Shown: positions 1 to 14,060, numbered from the whole stretch's first letter. The stretch is DNA of 62,623 nt, filler included, from Diploschistes diacapsis (GCA_023645945.1; 14 parts of 14 records of this genome joined end to end with filler, not necessarily neighbours in it), one strand, 5' to 3'. Notes: a model not told the origin generated them from the letters alone. Numbers and translations: made by a program.

Positions 1-1051
1 CCCCTTTCCCCTTTTGCACAACTTGCTATCCATGATGCCACGCAGACAAGCTTTGCAGATCTAAATCATCATTTTCCCAATTGGCTGCTAATTCATCCAT
101 TTCCATTTCCAGCCGTTCGGAGGGTCTGACGTGTGCAACAAACCATCAAGATGCAGGAATATCTGTGCATGAACCCAACCCCTGCTACTCCGAAAGCGGC
201 TTTCAGCACTATGCACGCCCGTCTCGATTTCCAAGCTTGCTATCATAACTGGCCATGTCTCTAGCAAGGTTGTGGTTAGTATGGCAAGTTCAATTTTCAA
301 TCCGCAATTTGCAATTTCTGCTACCGTTGGCCAATCAGAAGATAGCCTGGCGCTTCCTCTTCCGTCCCACCAGCCATCCGAAAGCCACTTCCCCTCTGGT
401 CGGCTTGGAAACTTATGATAAGACGCCATCACACACCCATGCGCGTTCAGCACGGGTATGCTCTTCGCTTTGCTTCATCGAGCAGCAATTATGCCCATTC
501 CCAGAAAGCCATCAGTGATACCTGGTAGGCCCAGCTTGCAAGGGCTTTGTGATGCATGTTCCACAGCTCCAACGCTGCACGCGCTTTGGCCTACAGTGCT
601 GCTACAGTACTGACACTCAACAACGGATATGGAGTGTCAAAAGCATCACCCACTGCTAAAAGGCTAATCTCCTATTCATGCTCCCGCCATGTCTCGGCGA
701 ATGATTGTGGTACCTTTCACCCGAGGTTTGACCATAGTAGACTACACTCTGCAGCCAGCCATTGCTCTGGTCTGCTGCTAAGGATGGGGGATAGGCGAAC
801 GGTCAAATAAGCAAACAGTCCCGGCGCAGACGAGATTGGACCATAAAAATGTCGAGTAAGTAATGTACTAAAGTACACTGACTATAGTGGGACAAACGAT
901 TTTTGAACAAAGCAGAGAACGGCGCAGACGAGTCTTCTTCTTGCTCCTCTCCAATCAATCTATTCGGTCCTTCAAATACACATGTTTTCCCTTCCCTTCC
1001 CATCATCACCAAGTCGTACTTTAAGAATTCCAAGCCTCCGTCAGTGTTACA

Positions 1052-1875
1052 TTACACCTTCATCTCGGATAGCCCGTGTTTCCAGATGGTGAAATAAGGC
1101 GTGGTACCGTCCTCGCGGTAGTTAAGAAGGAGGACCCTTTGCCCGATCAGTACCTCTGCGAACCTCTCGACAATCCGACTTACATTCCATCAGTGTCCAT
1201 CGACTCGCCAACATAGAAGTCATAGTCCTTGAAGTTTGGCTTGACGACCTTGGTGAAGTAGCCTTGGACTCCTGTTTGGAATTTCTTGATCTCCTCCTCG
1301 CTCTTGCCGCTGGCCTTCATGGCCTCAACAACCTTTTTCAGATATGCTGCATTCATCTCAGTCTAAGCCTACCCTCACTCTGAAAGTCTCACTCTTGAAT
1401 TGTGACATATAATCCTTCGTTGTGCCGTAAAGCCGAGAGCCGGTGGCTTCGTCACCAAGGTAGTTCAGGCGAAAGGAGTGCACAACATCATTGACCTGCT
1501 TTGAACTGTCCTCGACGCCTTCCTCGGCCTCTTCCGCTGAAGGGTTGGCGCCGATATCTAGAGCCACCAGATTCTATTAGTCATCCTTCTAGACAGGGGC
1601 TGTTGTATGGGTTCGTGTCGAATCGCAAGACGCTTGACATTGCGAAATACTGACCGAAGTTGTCATCGCCAGTCTTGATCATCTTGCAGTCGACCTCATA
1701 TACGACATCATCGATGTCCTTCAGGTTGTAGCTGTCCGAGATAATCTCGTCGCCACTGACTAGATCCTAAACCTCTGGTCTCAGCGCCTTATTTGTGTGT
1801 TATTGTACAACTGTCTACCCCACACAAGCGGGGCAGCCACGGAGGATGTCGAGTTCGCACCTTGTAGATAATCAT
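1052..1875 (-). CDS. TMA19: Translationally controlled tumour protein (TCTP/Tma19), 5 exons: 1875-1861, 1766-1655, 1557-1393, 1346-1184, 1136-1052
   Basis: Spliced product [18 protein letters not shown]...[10 protein letters not shown]...[41 protein letters not shown] carries the TCTP signatures; all introns GT-AG. Confidence 0.95.
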
Positions 1876-2413
1876 GATGATCGAAAGGAGATGGTAAAGT
1901 GAGAATTGATGGAATGAATATGGTAAACTGATGCGCGAAAAAACACAGCACACCTTAAACAGTAACGAATTGTAATGTGGCGGTTTGAATAATACTTTTT
2001 CAAAATCGACATCCAGGCTCAGTGGGGCAGGCCGCAAAAGGCACGATGCCGATCGACACTAGACCTGACCAGGAAAGGCCTAGCTAACATTTTGCTCAGC
2101 CTCAACTTAAGTCCGGGTTCTGTGGCGGAACATTCATGGCGTAATCAGCTCGTGGTGGAATCGCGAACCTTCTAACTTCTTTCATCGATATCTCACGCTC
2201 TCTCTCTCTCTCTCTCGAGATTCCTCTGATTCTTCTCTTCCTTGAATTCCAACTTCTAATCGCTGCACCAGGTGTCATTCTTTGCTCTTCCCTTGGCAGA
2301 TCTATGGTCCATTGACCAGCCCATTAATTCCGCCTTGGGTCTGCTTCAACCCCTGACTCCTGTCATCCTCCCGCCATCGTTGCTTATCGATACGATATTG
2401 ACGTCCAGCCGTT

Positions 2414-3936
2414 ATGCAGTTCCTTGGGAACTCGTCCGATCTTCCCCCTCTTCCGGCATATCAGTTAAAACTACAGCCAGATCTAATACCTCCTATCCCC
2501 GACAAGCTTCTCACATTAATCCTTCCTGTCGTCGCATACTGGGCGTTGTCGATGCTATTCCATTGGATAGATGTTTGCGACTACTTCTCTCGATATCGAT
2601 TGCATACACCCGCCGAAGTTCTGAAACGCAACCGTGTCTCCCGATGGGAAGTGATTCGGGATGTCATTATTCAACAAGTTATCCAAACAGCTGTTGGCAT
2701 ATTGTTGAACATGACCGAACCGGATGAATTCGTCGGGAAGGAGGAGTACGATATCGCAGTATGGGCACAAAGAATCAGGGTCGCTCAAAAGATCGTACCT
2801 AGCGTGCTCGCTCTAGCCAGCATCAACGCGCAAGGCTTATCGAACAACCTTGGAAAAGCTCATCCTATGCTCTCAGGCGTCGTCGCTGGTGGATCATACC
2901 CCACTTTGAATCGCATTGTCATCTTGTCCAGTGGCGTCGAGAAGACTGTTCCAGCGTTCGCAAGCTGGGAGAACTGGCTAGCCAAAGCCATCTACTATAT
3001 TATATTCCCGTTGGTGCAATTCGCTGTCGCAATCCTATTTGTCGATACCTGGCAATACTTCCTCCATCGGGCCATGCACATGAACAAGTGGCTATACAGT
3101 AAGCATTTGAGCAGAAGCATAACGAGGTTGACTAAAACTGCCCAGCTACCTTTCATTCTCGTCATCATCGTCTCTACGTTCCTTATGCCTTTGGAGCGCT
3201 CTACAATCATCCGGTCGAAGGCTTTCTCCTGGACACTCTTGGAGCTAGCCTAGCCTACAAGGTCGCAGGGATGACGACCCGTCAAGGCCTCTGCTTCTTC
3301 ACCGGCTCAACGATCAAGACAGTTGATGACCACTGTGGATATGCCTTGCCGTGGGACCCTCTCCAGCAGCTAACATCAAACAACGCCGGTTATCACGATA
3401 TTCACCACCAAAGCTGGGGAATCAAGACCAATTTCTCTCAGCCTTTCTTCACCTTCTGGGACCACTTTCTCGGCACCGTCTGGACTGGCGGCGACGTTTC
3501 AGCCCGCTATGAGCGTGACGCACTATTGGCACAAAAGAAGTTCGCTGCTGGCAGCCAGAAAGCCAGCGTCACCAACACAAGTTCTGCCGACAGTCGGACA
3601 CAGCCGCTAAAGCCCTACGAAAGTGATCTTCGAAATGCAAAACTCCTCCGAAGCGTCCCCTCATCAGACGTACTACCAAAGGCTCCGGAGGGAAAAGCCA
3701 AGGTTCAAGCTGCGGGATCAAGGGAGCAAGTCCTCGAAGACAAACAGTACGGCGGTGCATCGGTGTTGGCGGAGGAGGCAGAAGAAGAACGAGAGGCACA
3801 GAGGGCGGTTAGGAGGAGCAATCGCCGGCGAACCGCAAGCTCACTGACACAAAGCGACAGTTTGCGGGGCCTGAGGGAACGGGTCACGGCGCACGGAAGG
3901 CGAGGGGGGATTCTGGGAATGGAGGCCAGTCACTGA
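2414..3936 (+). CDS. SUR2: Sphinganine C4-hydroxylase (fatty acid hydroxylase superfamily), intron 3099-3145
   Basis: His boxes DTWQYFLHRAMH, FHSRHH, KTVDDHCGY, YHDIHHQSWGIKTNFSQPFFTFWD; a 47-nt GT-AG intron restores frame. Confidence 0.93.
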
Positions 3937-4433
3937 TATGTTGAACATGGGGGGAGCGATGTAATACTGTGTGTTATATTTATGGGCGGAGCCTCGGAGG
4001 CATGGCTGGCGTTACGAGAGAGGGAGAGATATCCGCATTGAGCTCTTGTTGTCTAGGGTTTTAGGGAACGGCCATGGAGCGCTGCAGCTGTTGTACCTGA
4101 CTACGATCGTTCGGAATAGTGTCCAACGTTGTATCATTTTCTCACTTAACAGCTTCAAGCTGCAGCCTTGTCCACCGGGCCTTTTTTTTTTTTTTTTCAA
4201 TTCCCCATTATTAAAGGGCCCCCGTCGCCCCTTCCCTAGGTGTTCCAGCCCCGGCGCCCTCGTCCACCGGCGGTAGATCAAAAAGCAAGTACGTTGTGTC
4301 TGGCGCCCCAGGGGGGGGCGCCAAGCCCCCCAGCCAAAACCCCAGTCCCAGCAAGCCACAGTAAGAACAAAGTTTTTTTATTCCCCAAGAAATGCGCCAA
4401 CCCCCAGCCGCAGGCAACAACGCACACACACCC

Positions 4434-4533
4434 NNNNNNNNNNNNNNNNNNNNNNNNNNNNNNNNNNNNNNNNNNNNTTAATTAATTAANNNNNNNNNNN
4501 NNNNNNNNNNNNNNNNNNNNNNNNNNNNNNNNN
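4434..4533. other. Artificial contig linker N44-TTAATTAATTAA-N44 (first of 13; others start at 8961, 13467, 17966, 22463, 26958, 31440, 35919, 40395, 44850, 49300, 53748, 58195)
   Basis: Identical 100-bp spacer with stops in all six frames; intervening segments fall in length from 4433 to 4329. Confidence 0.99.
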
Positions 4534-5106
4534 GTTTGAGGGCGGGGCGGGGGAGGTACGTTGCCATTGTTTGTAATAGAGGAGCTTCGGGGAGGATGAG
4601 AATCTTGATGGTTGGATTGACACGGCCGATGAACAGTTTCCCGCCGTGTACTTTTTTTACATTGCGTCTGGAAATATTGGCAGCTGCGTCTCTACTTCTA
4701 ATTTTGTATACCGCGCTGAGCTTCTGGTACCTTGCAACCTTTACAGCCGTGCAGTAGCCCCGTGGGGGTATATATGATGCGATTTAGGGCTCGGCTGAGC
4801 ACCGGGTGAATCTCAGGGGCACAAAGGCGTTCTTACCACTTGTAGAAGGTTAATTCGCGTTTGTGGTTATATTGAAGCGAGAACTTCGGATGAGACGTTG
4901 CATTCGAGGCTTCTGTCGGCTGCATCTCGCTTGATAGTATGTGCTATAGTACTCTCCGTGCTAGAGAAAGACATTGAACCTTCATCAAGAGTAGGAGCTA
5001 AGGCTCACAGGAGAGTTCGGTTATCTTATTATCCGACCAGAAAGAAATAAAAGCATCCCAGACATTAATGCGGTGTAGCGTGAATACAGAGATGGTCTGT
5101 TTCTCT

Positions 5107-5584
5107 TCAAGCTCCACTCGGGTTCTGTGCCTTCCATTGATCCAGAGACTTTTGGAACTCCTTCGGAAAGGTCTTGTACCTCTGCGTGTTATCCAGCTCG
5201 GCGAGCTTCCACCATTTTACTTTGTCCTGTAGGAAGATGTGCTCGCTAACAAGCGGCAGAGATCCGACAATGCTCTCCTGATCTACCGTGCCCATAGCGA
5301 TGCTGATCTTGTGCGGCGCAAATTTGTACTGCATGTAAAGCGTCGAGCCACAATATTCACACCACGCTCTTGAAGCTATCTGGCTAGAATACCGTCGGTG
5401 GTTCTCTGAGCAGTTTCTTTCCCAACGGATATCTTCTGTAGGGCACACACCCCAGGCGACGAAAAGGGGCGCCAGATGCTTTCTGGCATGTAAAGCAGTG
5501 GCATGACGACAAAGCATGGTACTGTATTGCGCCGCAGTAACAGCTTCCTTTCAGCGCTGCAGCAGGGTGTCTAGGAACATTCAT
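5107..5584 (-). pseudogene. GFA/CENP-V (Mss4-like) zinc-binding protein with a 1-nt frameshift at ~5462-5469 (pseudogene or homopolymer sequencing error)
   Basis: GSCYCGAIQY..CHCFTCQKASGAPF in one frame continues as VAW...RAWCEYCGSTL...HIFLQDKVKW in another; the break is in a CCCCTTTT run. Confidence 0.75.
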
Positions 5585-5773
5585 TCTGTTTTCTCAATCT
5601 CGAAGTAACAGTATGCGAAAAGAAACCCTAGAGGATAGATTCCCTCGTACAGAGCGAGCAAATGAACATTGCGCTTAGTAACTAGTTCTTGGTGACGCTG
5701 ATCCCTCGGGACACCAAGTGTCTTCTGGGCAAACGATAGGTAGTAAATTCATAATTGCTAAACATGCACTACC

Positions 5774-8670
5774 ATGTTTTCCTCCGCACTGAAGTCCTTT
5801 TCTTCGAACATCTCTGCAAATTATAATCTCTCGAGCAACCCGACCGCCATAGCTGGAGCTTGGAAGGTTTTCGATGGAAAAAGCAAGAAAACTGGGAAGA
5901 TCGTATCTGTCTTTGTCTTTGATAGGAAGTCTTTGGAGCCCAGCGGTACTGGCTTTCGAAGCCGATCCAATGGCTCGGCGCGGCGGAAAATCTATGATGA
6001 GGTCGTTGAGAGGTTGAAAAAGGAGGCTGGCTCGCTTGCGAGGCTACGGCATCCAAATATCCTGGAGCTTGCGGAGCCAGTGGAGGATACCAGAAATGGA
6101 GGCTTGATGTTCGCGACGGAGCCCATAACGGCGACTCTGTCAGGACTGCTTGCCAATCAAGATGAGAAAGAGCGCGGAAGAGGAAGGTCTGCAAGTTACT
6201 ATGGCGATTCAGGCGACTCGTACGGAGAACCTGCAATTGACGAGCTTGAAATACAAAAGGGACTCTTGCAAATCGCGAAAGGCCTTGAGTTTCTTCACGA
6301 ATCCGCCGGTTTAGTGCACGGTAATCTGACACCAGATGCCATATACATCAACCAAAAGTCGGACTGGAAGCTATCCGGCCTAGCATTCTCAGGCCCGCCA
6401 GATACTCCCAACTCAACCCTACCAAGTGCGCCGCCAATCGCACTTTCTGAGCTTCTCTACTACGACCCACGGTTACCCAGAACAGTACAGCTGAATCTAG
6501 ACTACACGTCTCCAGATTTTGTGATGGACTCGAACATATCGTCGGGGGCAGACATGTTCTCTCTTGGCCTCATCATGCTTACGTTGTATAATTCACCTCA
6601 TGGATCTCCCATTCATTCTAATAATAACGTGGCTTCCTATAAGAAAATATTTGCATCTTCGTCTACCGTGCCCACTTCGAACAATAACTTCTTGTCTCAA
6701 AAACCCCTTCCCGATGCATTGAAGCACGAAGTACTTCCAAGACTCATAACAAGGCGACCAGCCCAGCGGATGAATGCTCGAGAGTTCCAAGAGTCTCGCT
6801 TTTTTGATAATATATTGGTCTCGGCTATCAGGTTTCTCGAGTCACTGCCCGCGAAGACTCCAGGTGAAAAATCGGCTTTCCTGCGTGGTCTCCCAAGGTT
6901 TCTCGATCAGTTTCCCAAGTCAGTCCTGGACAAGAAAATACTGCCTGCTCTGTTAGAAGAGACGAAGGATAAGGAGCTGTTGGCATTAATCTTGGGGAAC
7001 GTCTTCAGGATGATGACAATGCTACCCTCTGCGCAACGAGCATTTACGGATACAATTCTGCCCAAGATGCGTGGACTCTTCGTGACAAAACTCACTAAGG
7101 GTCAAGCTGCTGAGCGAGATCCTGCGAGGGACGCTGGACTTTCGGTGGTCCTGGAGAACATGGCTCTAATTAAAGAGAACTGCACCGGGAAGGCATTCAA
7201 AGACGGTGAGCCCAGTATTAATTCTTACAGGACGGGAGCTGACTTGTCACAGATGTCTTCCCCATAATCCAGATCGGGCTGGATTCGCCAACGCATGTCA
7301 TCGTAGATAAGTCGCTGTCTTGTATGCCGACAATGCTCGCTGTATTGGATTTCTCGACCATCAAAAACGAATTATTCCCCCTGGTTGCGGCAGTCTTCAC
7401 AAAGACTAGCAGTCTGGCTATCAAGGTTCGAGGTTTAGAGGCTTTCGTTGTGCTCTGTGGGGGCAACCCCGGCAGTGATAGCACCTTCGGGAATGCCGTG
7501 AGCGCTCCGAGCAGTGCTATTCTTGATAAGTATACTGTACAAGAGAAAATCGTCCCGTTGCTGAAAGGCATGAAAACTAAAGAGCCGGCTGTCATGATGG
7601 CAGCTCTGAAAGTCTTTAAAGAAATAGGAAAAATTGCCGACACTGAATTCATAGCTACCGATGTCCTACCCTTGCTCTGGAGCCTCAGCCTGGGTCCTCT
7701 CCTTAATCTACAACAATTCAAAGAATACATGGACCAAGTCAAGCGTCTTTCGAAGAAGATTGAGGAAGAGCAGACCCGCAAACTACGCGAGTTAGCCTCT
7801 ACTTCTCAACCAAATGGCTTTCTCTCTCCGACAACAGACCTCATGTCATCCGGTCCCATCGGCGACCCTCTTTCTCCAAGTATGGCTACCTCAGCCACAG
7901 ACTTTGAGAACCTTGTTCTCGGAAAGGCGTCGGCGCCGAACACCTTCGAGTCTACTTTACCAAATACAACAACAATCAACAACCCCTTCGCCGCGCATCC
8001 CGGATCCCCCATCTCCGCCTCCTCCATGTGGTCCTCCAATCAGGCCACGTCTCCCATAACGAGCAACACCTCTCGCACCATAACACCGGATACATCATTC
8101 TCCCCCTTCCAGACCAGCACCACCACCCTGCCCTCTCGCTCACCTAATCCGACCTCACCACCCGCAAACCCATGGGCCAGCCCTCCCCAGTCGGGCGGCA
8201 CGACGACAAACAACGCCTGGGCTGCATCCCCACCGCAGACAGGCGTACCCACTCGAAGTCCCAACGCATGGACATCCCAAACCTCTTCGAGTTTCGGTTC
8301 CCTCACCCACGCCGTGAACACCAACCAAACAACCATGAATACAAACAACACATGGATCAGGCCAGCACCGCCACAGCAGTCCCAGAGCTACCATGTCCCG
8401 AGCACAGCGATGGGCACGAGCGGCGGCTTGCAACAGCCAATGCAGCCGATGCAGTCTCTGCAGCCGAGTAACACCGGCGCTAGCTCGAATTTCCGACAGC
8501 AGCAGCAGCAGCAACAGCAGCCGCCATCGCTATTCAGTATTGCGCCGCCTCCTGCTGGGTCCGCGAGAGGGATGGGAAGGGGCATGAACGGAGGAGTCGG
8601 AGTGGCCATGCAACCCAATGAACAGACACAGGGGAAGACGGGGCTGGATGCTTACGAGAGTCTGATATGA
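5774..8670 (+). CDS. SCY1: SCY1-like pseudokinase (SCYL2/Scy1) with helical repeat region and low-complexity C-terminus; intron 7206-7252
   Basis: LKKEAGSLARLRHPNILEL, GLVHGNLTPDAIYINQKSDWKLSG, LNLDYTSPD, LDKYTVQEKIVPLLKGMKTKEP; C-terminal GLDAYESLI. Confidence 0.92.
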
Positions 8671-9060
8671 GGACAGAGGGCCGCCAGAATAGCGTAGGGT
8701 GGACGTAGCCGGTGCAGATGCACCTCCAACTATCTGAAAGATATTTAGCGGCACGATATGAACTTGAGAAAATGAGAAGGAGTGGCCTGCTATTCTTGCG
8801 GCCAGGTTCGTTGTTGTTCCCGTGTACCCGTCCGCCTCGCTGCTGCCGAGCTGGGCATCATCTTCTACTTTCCATCCCGGTTCTATCCAGTTCTCTCTGT
8901 TGTACACGTAGCCAGCCCCGTGTCGGGAAACCACTCCAGGCAAAGGAGGGAGGGAGGGAGNNNNNNNNNNNNNNNNNNNNNNNNNNNNNNNNNNNNNNNN
9001 NNNNTTAATTAATTAANNNNNNNNNNNNNNNNNNNNNNNNNNNNNNNNNNNNNNNNNNNN

Positions 9061-9135
9061 TAAATATAGGATATTCCTTTTAATTAGACTCTTAGACCCC
9101 TAGTATCCTAGAACCCATTATATACGTTGCCCAAA
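9061..9135 (+). mobile_element. Degenerate 3' end of a copia-type LTR
   Basis: Ends ...tatacgttgcccaa, resembling the LTR ends at 18707 and 32080 (ttacgttgccaa). Confidence 0.35.
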
Positions 9136-9886
9136 TTTTATTAATAAACATTGATTTCCTTATGGGCGTATAATTTGATTTTAAAGAATAATCTTAAAGA
9201 TATGAAATCAAAAAAGAAAGAAAATGATGATAACAACCGTTTGGTGAGCGTCATAACACTGGTTTAAACCCCATCAATACCCCGTAAAACATATCTAATG
9301 CGCCAACGTGGCGGCGTCATGTAGGAAGAAATTTTAAGAAGAAACTTCTGGTTTTCAAATATTAGTTCATGGAATACTGTTGCCATCACTACCATACTAC
9401 TGCATATCCTATCTCACAACATATATATTTTAGGTGGCCTGAATAAGCGAAACGGACTTCTTTTCTGGTGGGTGCTTAGGTGCATGAGCAAACATACTTC
9501 CACATATATCAGTCCAAGTATCATTGGAGGTGAATTGACTGCTGAAATATAGGTGGTAATACCTTTAACACAAAAGCACCGACTAAGTTAGGACGACTAA
9601 TAAACTTTATGCTTTCAAGTAGGCAATCGACATGGGGATGGACTCCGCTTGGAAACCAAGAAAAAGTAAATTCGTAGAGGCTAAGCAAGTCTAATACTTT
9701 TCATCTGGAGAATGACATAGTTCGCACTTCGCTTGGGTTCAGCATATGTTGCGGATAACGTGATAACGGGTCCTTAAGGTAACTTAAGTGTCGTGTGACG
9801 GATAAATAAGCACCCACGGCGATTTGCAACGGGAGCTGGGACGGCGCGGCTCATTATCATCTCGGAACTCAAAATAGTGGCCAGGA

Positions 9887-12800
9887 TTAACGCTCGCGTT
9901 GGAACCAGTTGAAACGTTTTCGGGACTCGTTACTGTCGGGGCCTTCCACGTTAACACTCCTCTCGTAGAGCTCCTAAGAATACGTAAGCGGCAGATATCT
10001 TCTGCGAATAATGCAGAACTGAATGGTGAGCGATTGATTCGGTAGGATTATTATGAAGAAACTTCAAAGACGTACATCTTCATCTTGAGAAAACTTCGCA
10101 TCGAGAACGAGTCTCTGCACCTCGACATTACGACTAATCTGCGGATACGGGGTCTCTTGGCTCTTCTTAATGCTGATAATGATATCACCCATAATCTCGA
10201 ATTTTCTCCAATTAACTCGTTCCCTATTATTTCCTAGCCAAGTTGAGTTACCCTCTTCAGCAGAGACGAGGTCTCTGCGATGGAGGGGTAAGAAGGGTAT
10301 GCGTCCAGTAGAGGTGTTTTCCCATGCCAAGCGATATGCAGAATGGCTCTTGTGAGTACTCATCAAGATTTCCAATCTCATAAAGTCCTTTTGTATCTGC
10401 GAGGAAACCAAATCTCGCGTTTGGACGAGACGGTGAACTGCTATGCCATTTATGCCGGCAATAATGGCCCCCAGAGCATTATAGTTATTAAATTGACGCA
10501 CTTTCTGTGGCCTGTGAGTGCGCGCACATGCTTGACTGCTAGTCACTTACCCAGGCGATGCTCATAAACTTTTCCAAGATTCTGGCTCGATGTTTGGCTT
10601 TGTCTCTTAAAAGTACCATACTTGCGGCCCAAAATGCCACATGATTGAAGTGATCGATCATTCTATTCACATATTCCAAGCCTCCGCATCGTGATCTCTG
10701 CTCCAAAGTGAGGCTCACATGTCGAACTATATCTCGAGGCCTGATTGCGGAATAGAGTATCCAGTCTATCCTTGTAAGCTCACGAGCGATGTCTTCGTCA
10801 CTAATATCCATAAACTGGTGCCACTGAACCTTGGTTAGCGATATTCGGGCTGTTGGGTTCAAGAGTTGTGTTTGTCGCTGAGCTGCTTCAACGGACGTAA
10901 GGGGCGTGGAAACAAAAGACCTGTATTCCGGAGTCGACTGATCTAAACTTGAATCTGAAGATGGAGCTTTCGAACTCTCACCGCATGATGCTCGCCTTTC
11001 ATCTTGACTGATTGAATCCTGAGTCGCATCAAACCATTCTTTGCCCTTGAGGCTTGGGTTTTCCATAGCTGCGTGCATAGGATAATGCATTGATGGAATT
11101 TCCGAGAAACTCAATATTGTGCTTTCAGGCCCTCTAGCATAATCGGAGCAAGCCCATCTTGTATCATCGTCTTCCACGACTAGATCGAGTTGTGTGCTCA
11201 TCTCGGTGGCGGCTGCCCCGAAAACGCGGTTAGCGGATAACTTGTTGAGGAAATCCGTCATCCGTGCTCGGCAAAATGGATGAGCAAAGTCGCCCGGATA
11301 TTCGGATAACCATCTAGCTAGTATCACTAAGTATCTAAGCTGAGCGCCCAACTTTAGTAAATGCGGTTGGCTAAGCTTTTGGAGGTTCTCGAATCGCTGC
11401 CATATTGCAGCAAGCAGTTCTGACGGAGAGGCGAATTTCCGGTAGAGACACAGAAAAGTTACAGAAAAATGAGCATTGGTCTTCGACATTACTGGAGTTA
11501 GGAGACGGTCAACCAACTCATTGAAGATATATCCAGATGCATCAGCGTTAGGTTCTGAAGTCTCCATGGACGGACTTCTCCTACCTTCCTCAACCAGTTG
11601 AGTTGAGTTATCCGTTTCCACCTCGACATCCATGAAGGAATCTGCTCTGGTAATCGGTGTACCAGGCGCCATGCGAAAGTCCGATTCATGCGGAACATCA
11701 TCACGCATGTCTCGTCTGCTGAAATCATCCTCTTGAGGAGAGGGCCCATCAGACCTCTCCCTGCCGCTTCTCGGGTTTCCTTGCTTAGAATCTGTTAATA
11801 TTTGTCCATTCACATTTATAGATGATGGCTTATATGATACTCCAGGTGAATGTAGCGAATGCAAGAGGGTTTTTCGAGGCAAATTTGGGGTATCAAACCG
11901 CTCATAAATGTTTGAGAACGGTGTGCTGTGTTCAGAAGCCGCCCGTCTGTGCTTCGATTTCTTCTCTTGAGGCCGGTAGCTGGTTGGACGAGAATTCGTT
12001 GTTGTGTGTGCTCGAGGTCTTGTGATGTCTTGGATGCAGTCCCAAGTCGAAGTTTCTAGGTGCATTTCAGCACAATATATCAACGAGCTTTTCTCAAAAA
12101 GGTGCAAGACTAGGTCAATTTAGTTGCAAAGCCTAACCTATTTTGTCTACATAATAAAGAGAATCTCGGTACTCATCACGTCTACACCCAACAAGATATA
12201 TATCAAATGTAGTGTGGAAAGGAAGACGGAATTCAAGACGGAAGCTGTTAAGTTGACTTACCAATTTGATTCTCCACAAAACTTCGTAAAATAACAGATA
12301 TGCAGCGTTTGTGCGTATCCGGGTAATCCATTGATACTTCAACCGATTCAATTCCTGTCTCTTCCATGCATAGCTGCTGAACCTCATGAGGGTCGATCCT
12401 TCGACTGCTTATGGGCGCGTCACATTTACTTGCGATGAGTACGCAGGGAGTAGCGTCCTTCGAACAGGCATCTAATATGTAAATAGAGAGAAGTAAGCCT
12501 ACCAAAAGATGCAGTGCGCTGCGCAATAAGTTTTCTAATAGATCTTCCGCTGTCCCTTGCCCTATAGAACGGTCCCAAGCCGGGTAATTTGATGATCTAG
12601 GCGGCATTGGGATGCGCGGGAATGAATCAACTCACTTAAAAGGGTTGGAATACGAGATATGCTCTCCTGTTTAGTGACATCGTAGAGTGCCAGGACGCCA
12701 TCAACATGTGATAGCTCGAACTTTCCGCCCGGATTCGACCACTCTGTGTTGTCTTCTGCGCTGATATCGCTTTCGTCCAGCTGAACCTCAATGAGGGTTA

Positions 12801-13128
12801 TAAGAAAGAGTCGTCCTTCCAGGGACATTTTTTTGCAGCAGGTCATTGATTGACTCGGTCGTTTCAAGTCCAGCGCGCGCTGCATGAAAATGGTTTTTCC
12901 ACTTCTTCTAGCTCCAATGACTGCAAACTTCAACTCTGGTATGGTGGATGAGCGTGGGGCGCCATGGAGGGATGGACTCCCAATTATGTCAGTACAATTA
13001 GAGGGAATCGATGTTTTATGAGCATCGTGTGGTGGATCAGCATTTCTTTCTTTATCATTAGTATGAGAAGCTCCATACTCCGCCTGGTTGTTAGTAGCTT
13101 GTACCGTTGCAATGCTGACAAGATTCAT
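9887..13128 (-). CDS. RasGEF (REM + CDC25 domains) with an N-terminal Ras-like P-loop domain; exons 13128-12636, 12471-12262, 12055-10551, 10504-10076, 9973-9887
   Basis: FAVIGARRSGKT (G1-like), LIASKCD (G4-like), FLCLYRKFASPSELL (REM), IARELTRID, QFNNYNALGAIIAG, RIPFLPLHRRDL, VNWRKF (CDC25); introns GT-AG in phase. Confidence 0.88.
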
Positions 13129-14060
13129 CTCTTACAAACCTCTGACCTAGTGGACAAGCGACAGAGCAGAGCACCGTTCTTAGCGCCCGCTTCTCGAAGT
13201 CTGAAGCTACGCACCTAGCGGAAGCAGAAGCGCTTGAACTTTGGATTTATCAGTAGCATCCTTTGTCTAGCTATTGTGGGCTACCTGGAAAGATAAGGTG
13301 TTTTAGGGCGCAGTTATATAGAATCAGTACAGGATACTTCCTTGCTTAAAGAAGGCCATGCTTGCTTCTATAAAAGGTTGCAGTATAGTCGTGACCCTAG
13401 TACCCGAACATGTGATACAATAACAAAACTATAATAATAAATATTCAAAATGAAATATCTTTAAAANNNNNNNNNNNNNNNNNNNNNNNNNNNNNNNNNN
13501 NNNNNNNNNNTTAATTAATTAANNNNNNNNNNNNNNNNNNNNNNNNNNNNNNNNNNNNNNNNNNNNGGCTTTTAAATGGGTCGAGTAATGTAATACACTA
13601 ACGAAGTTGTGGCCTGCGCGGGGGCGCGGGGGGACATCATGTCCTTGCCCCGATATACTTTTATATTACTTGGACACACGGTTCGGGAAAAGGAGGCTCC
13701 CTTGTGGAACCGGGTTTCTCCTCACGCGCTGAATCTGGCTTAATTTCTTTACACACCTGTCTGTCTGCCCGGGGGATGCACGATGCATGGGAGGGAGTAC
13801 GGGTAGGGGTAGCGGAGGCAAGGCGCAGTCTTGGGTCATACTGGAAGGGAAAAGGGTGATTTGTCTTTCATAGTTTGAGCTATCGTGTCTGCATGGAGTA
13901 TTCATGGCGATGGGTTGCTTCTACCCATGAAGCCTATTTGATGGGCCTCGAGGCTCTTTGGTTGATCGTATATATTCACCGTCATCATCATCGAACCTTA
14001 CATGACGCCGTGAAGGTCCCCGTTTTCCTTGTTCAATTGATTTCAAATCATCGTTATGCC

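Noticed and set aside
1..1033. Short overlapping ORFs downstream of TCTP
   Set aside because: No family signature recognised
2197..2217. (CT)n microsatellite, plus the CAG tract at ~8497-8520 and the 10-bp tandem repeat at ~35209-35243
   Set aside because: Ordinary simple repeats
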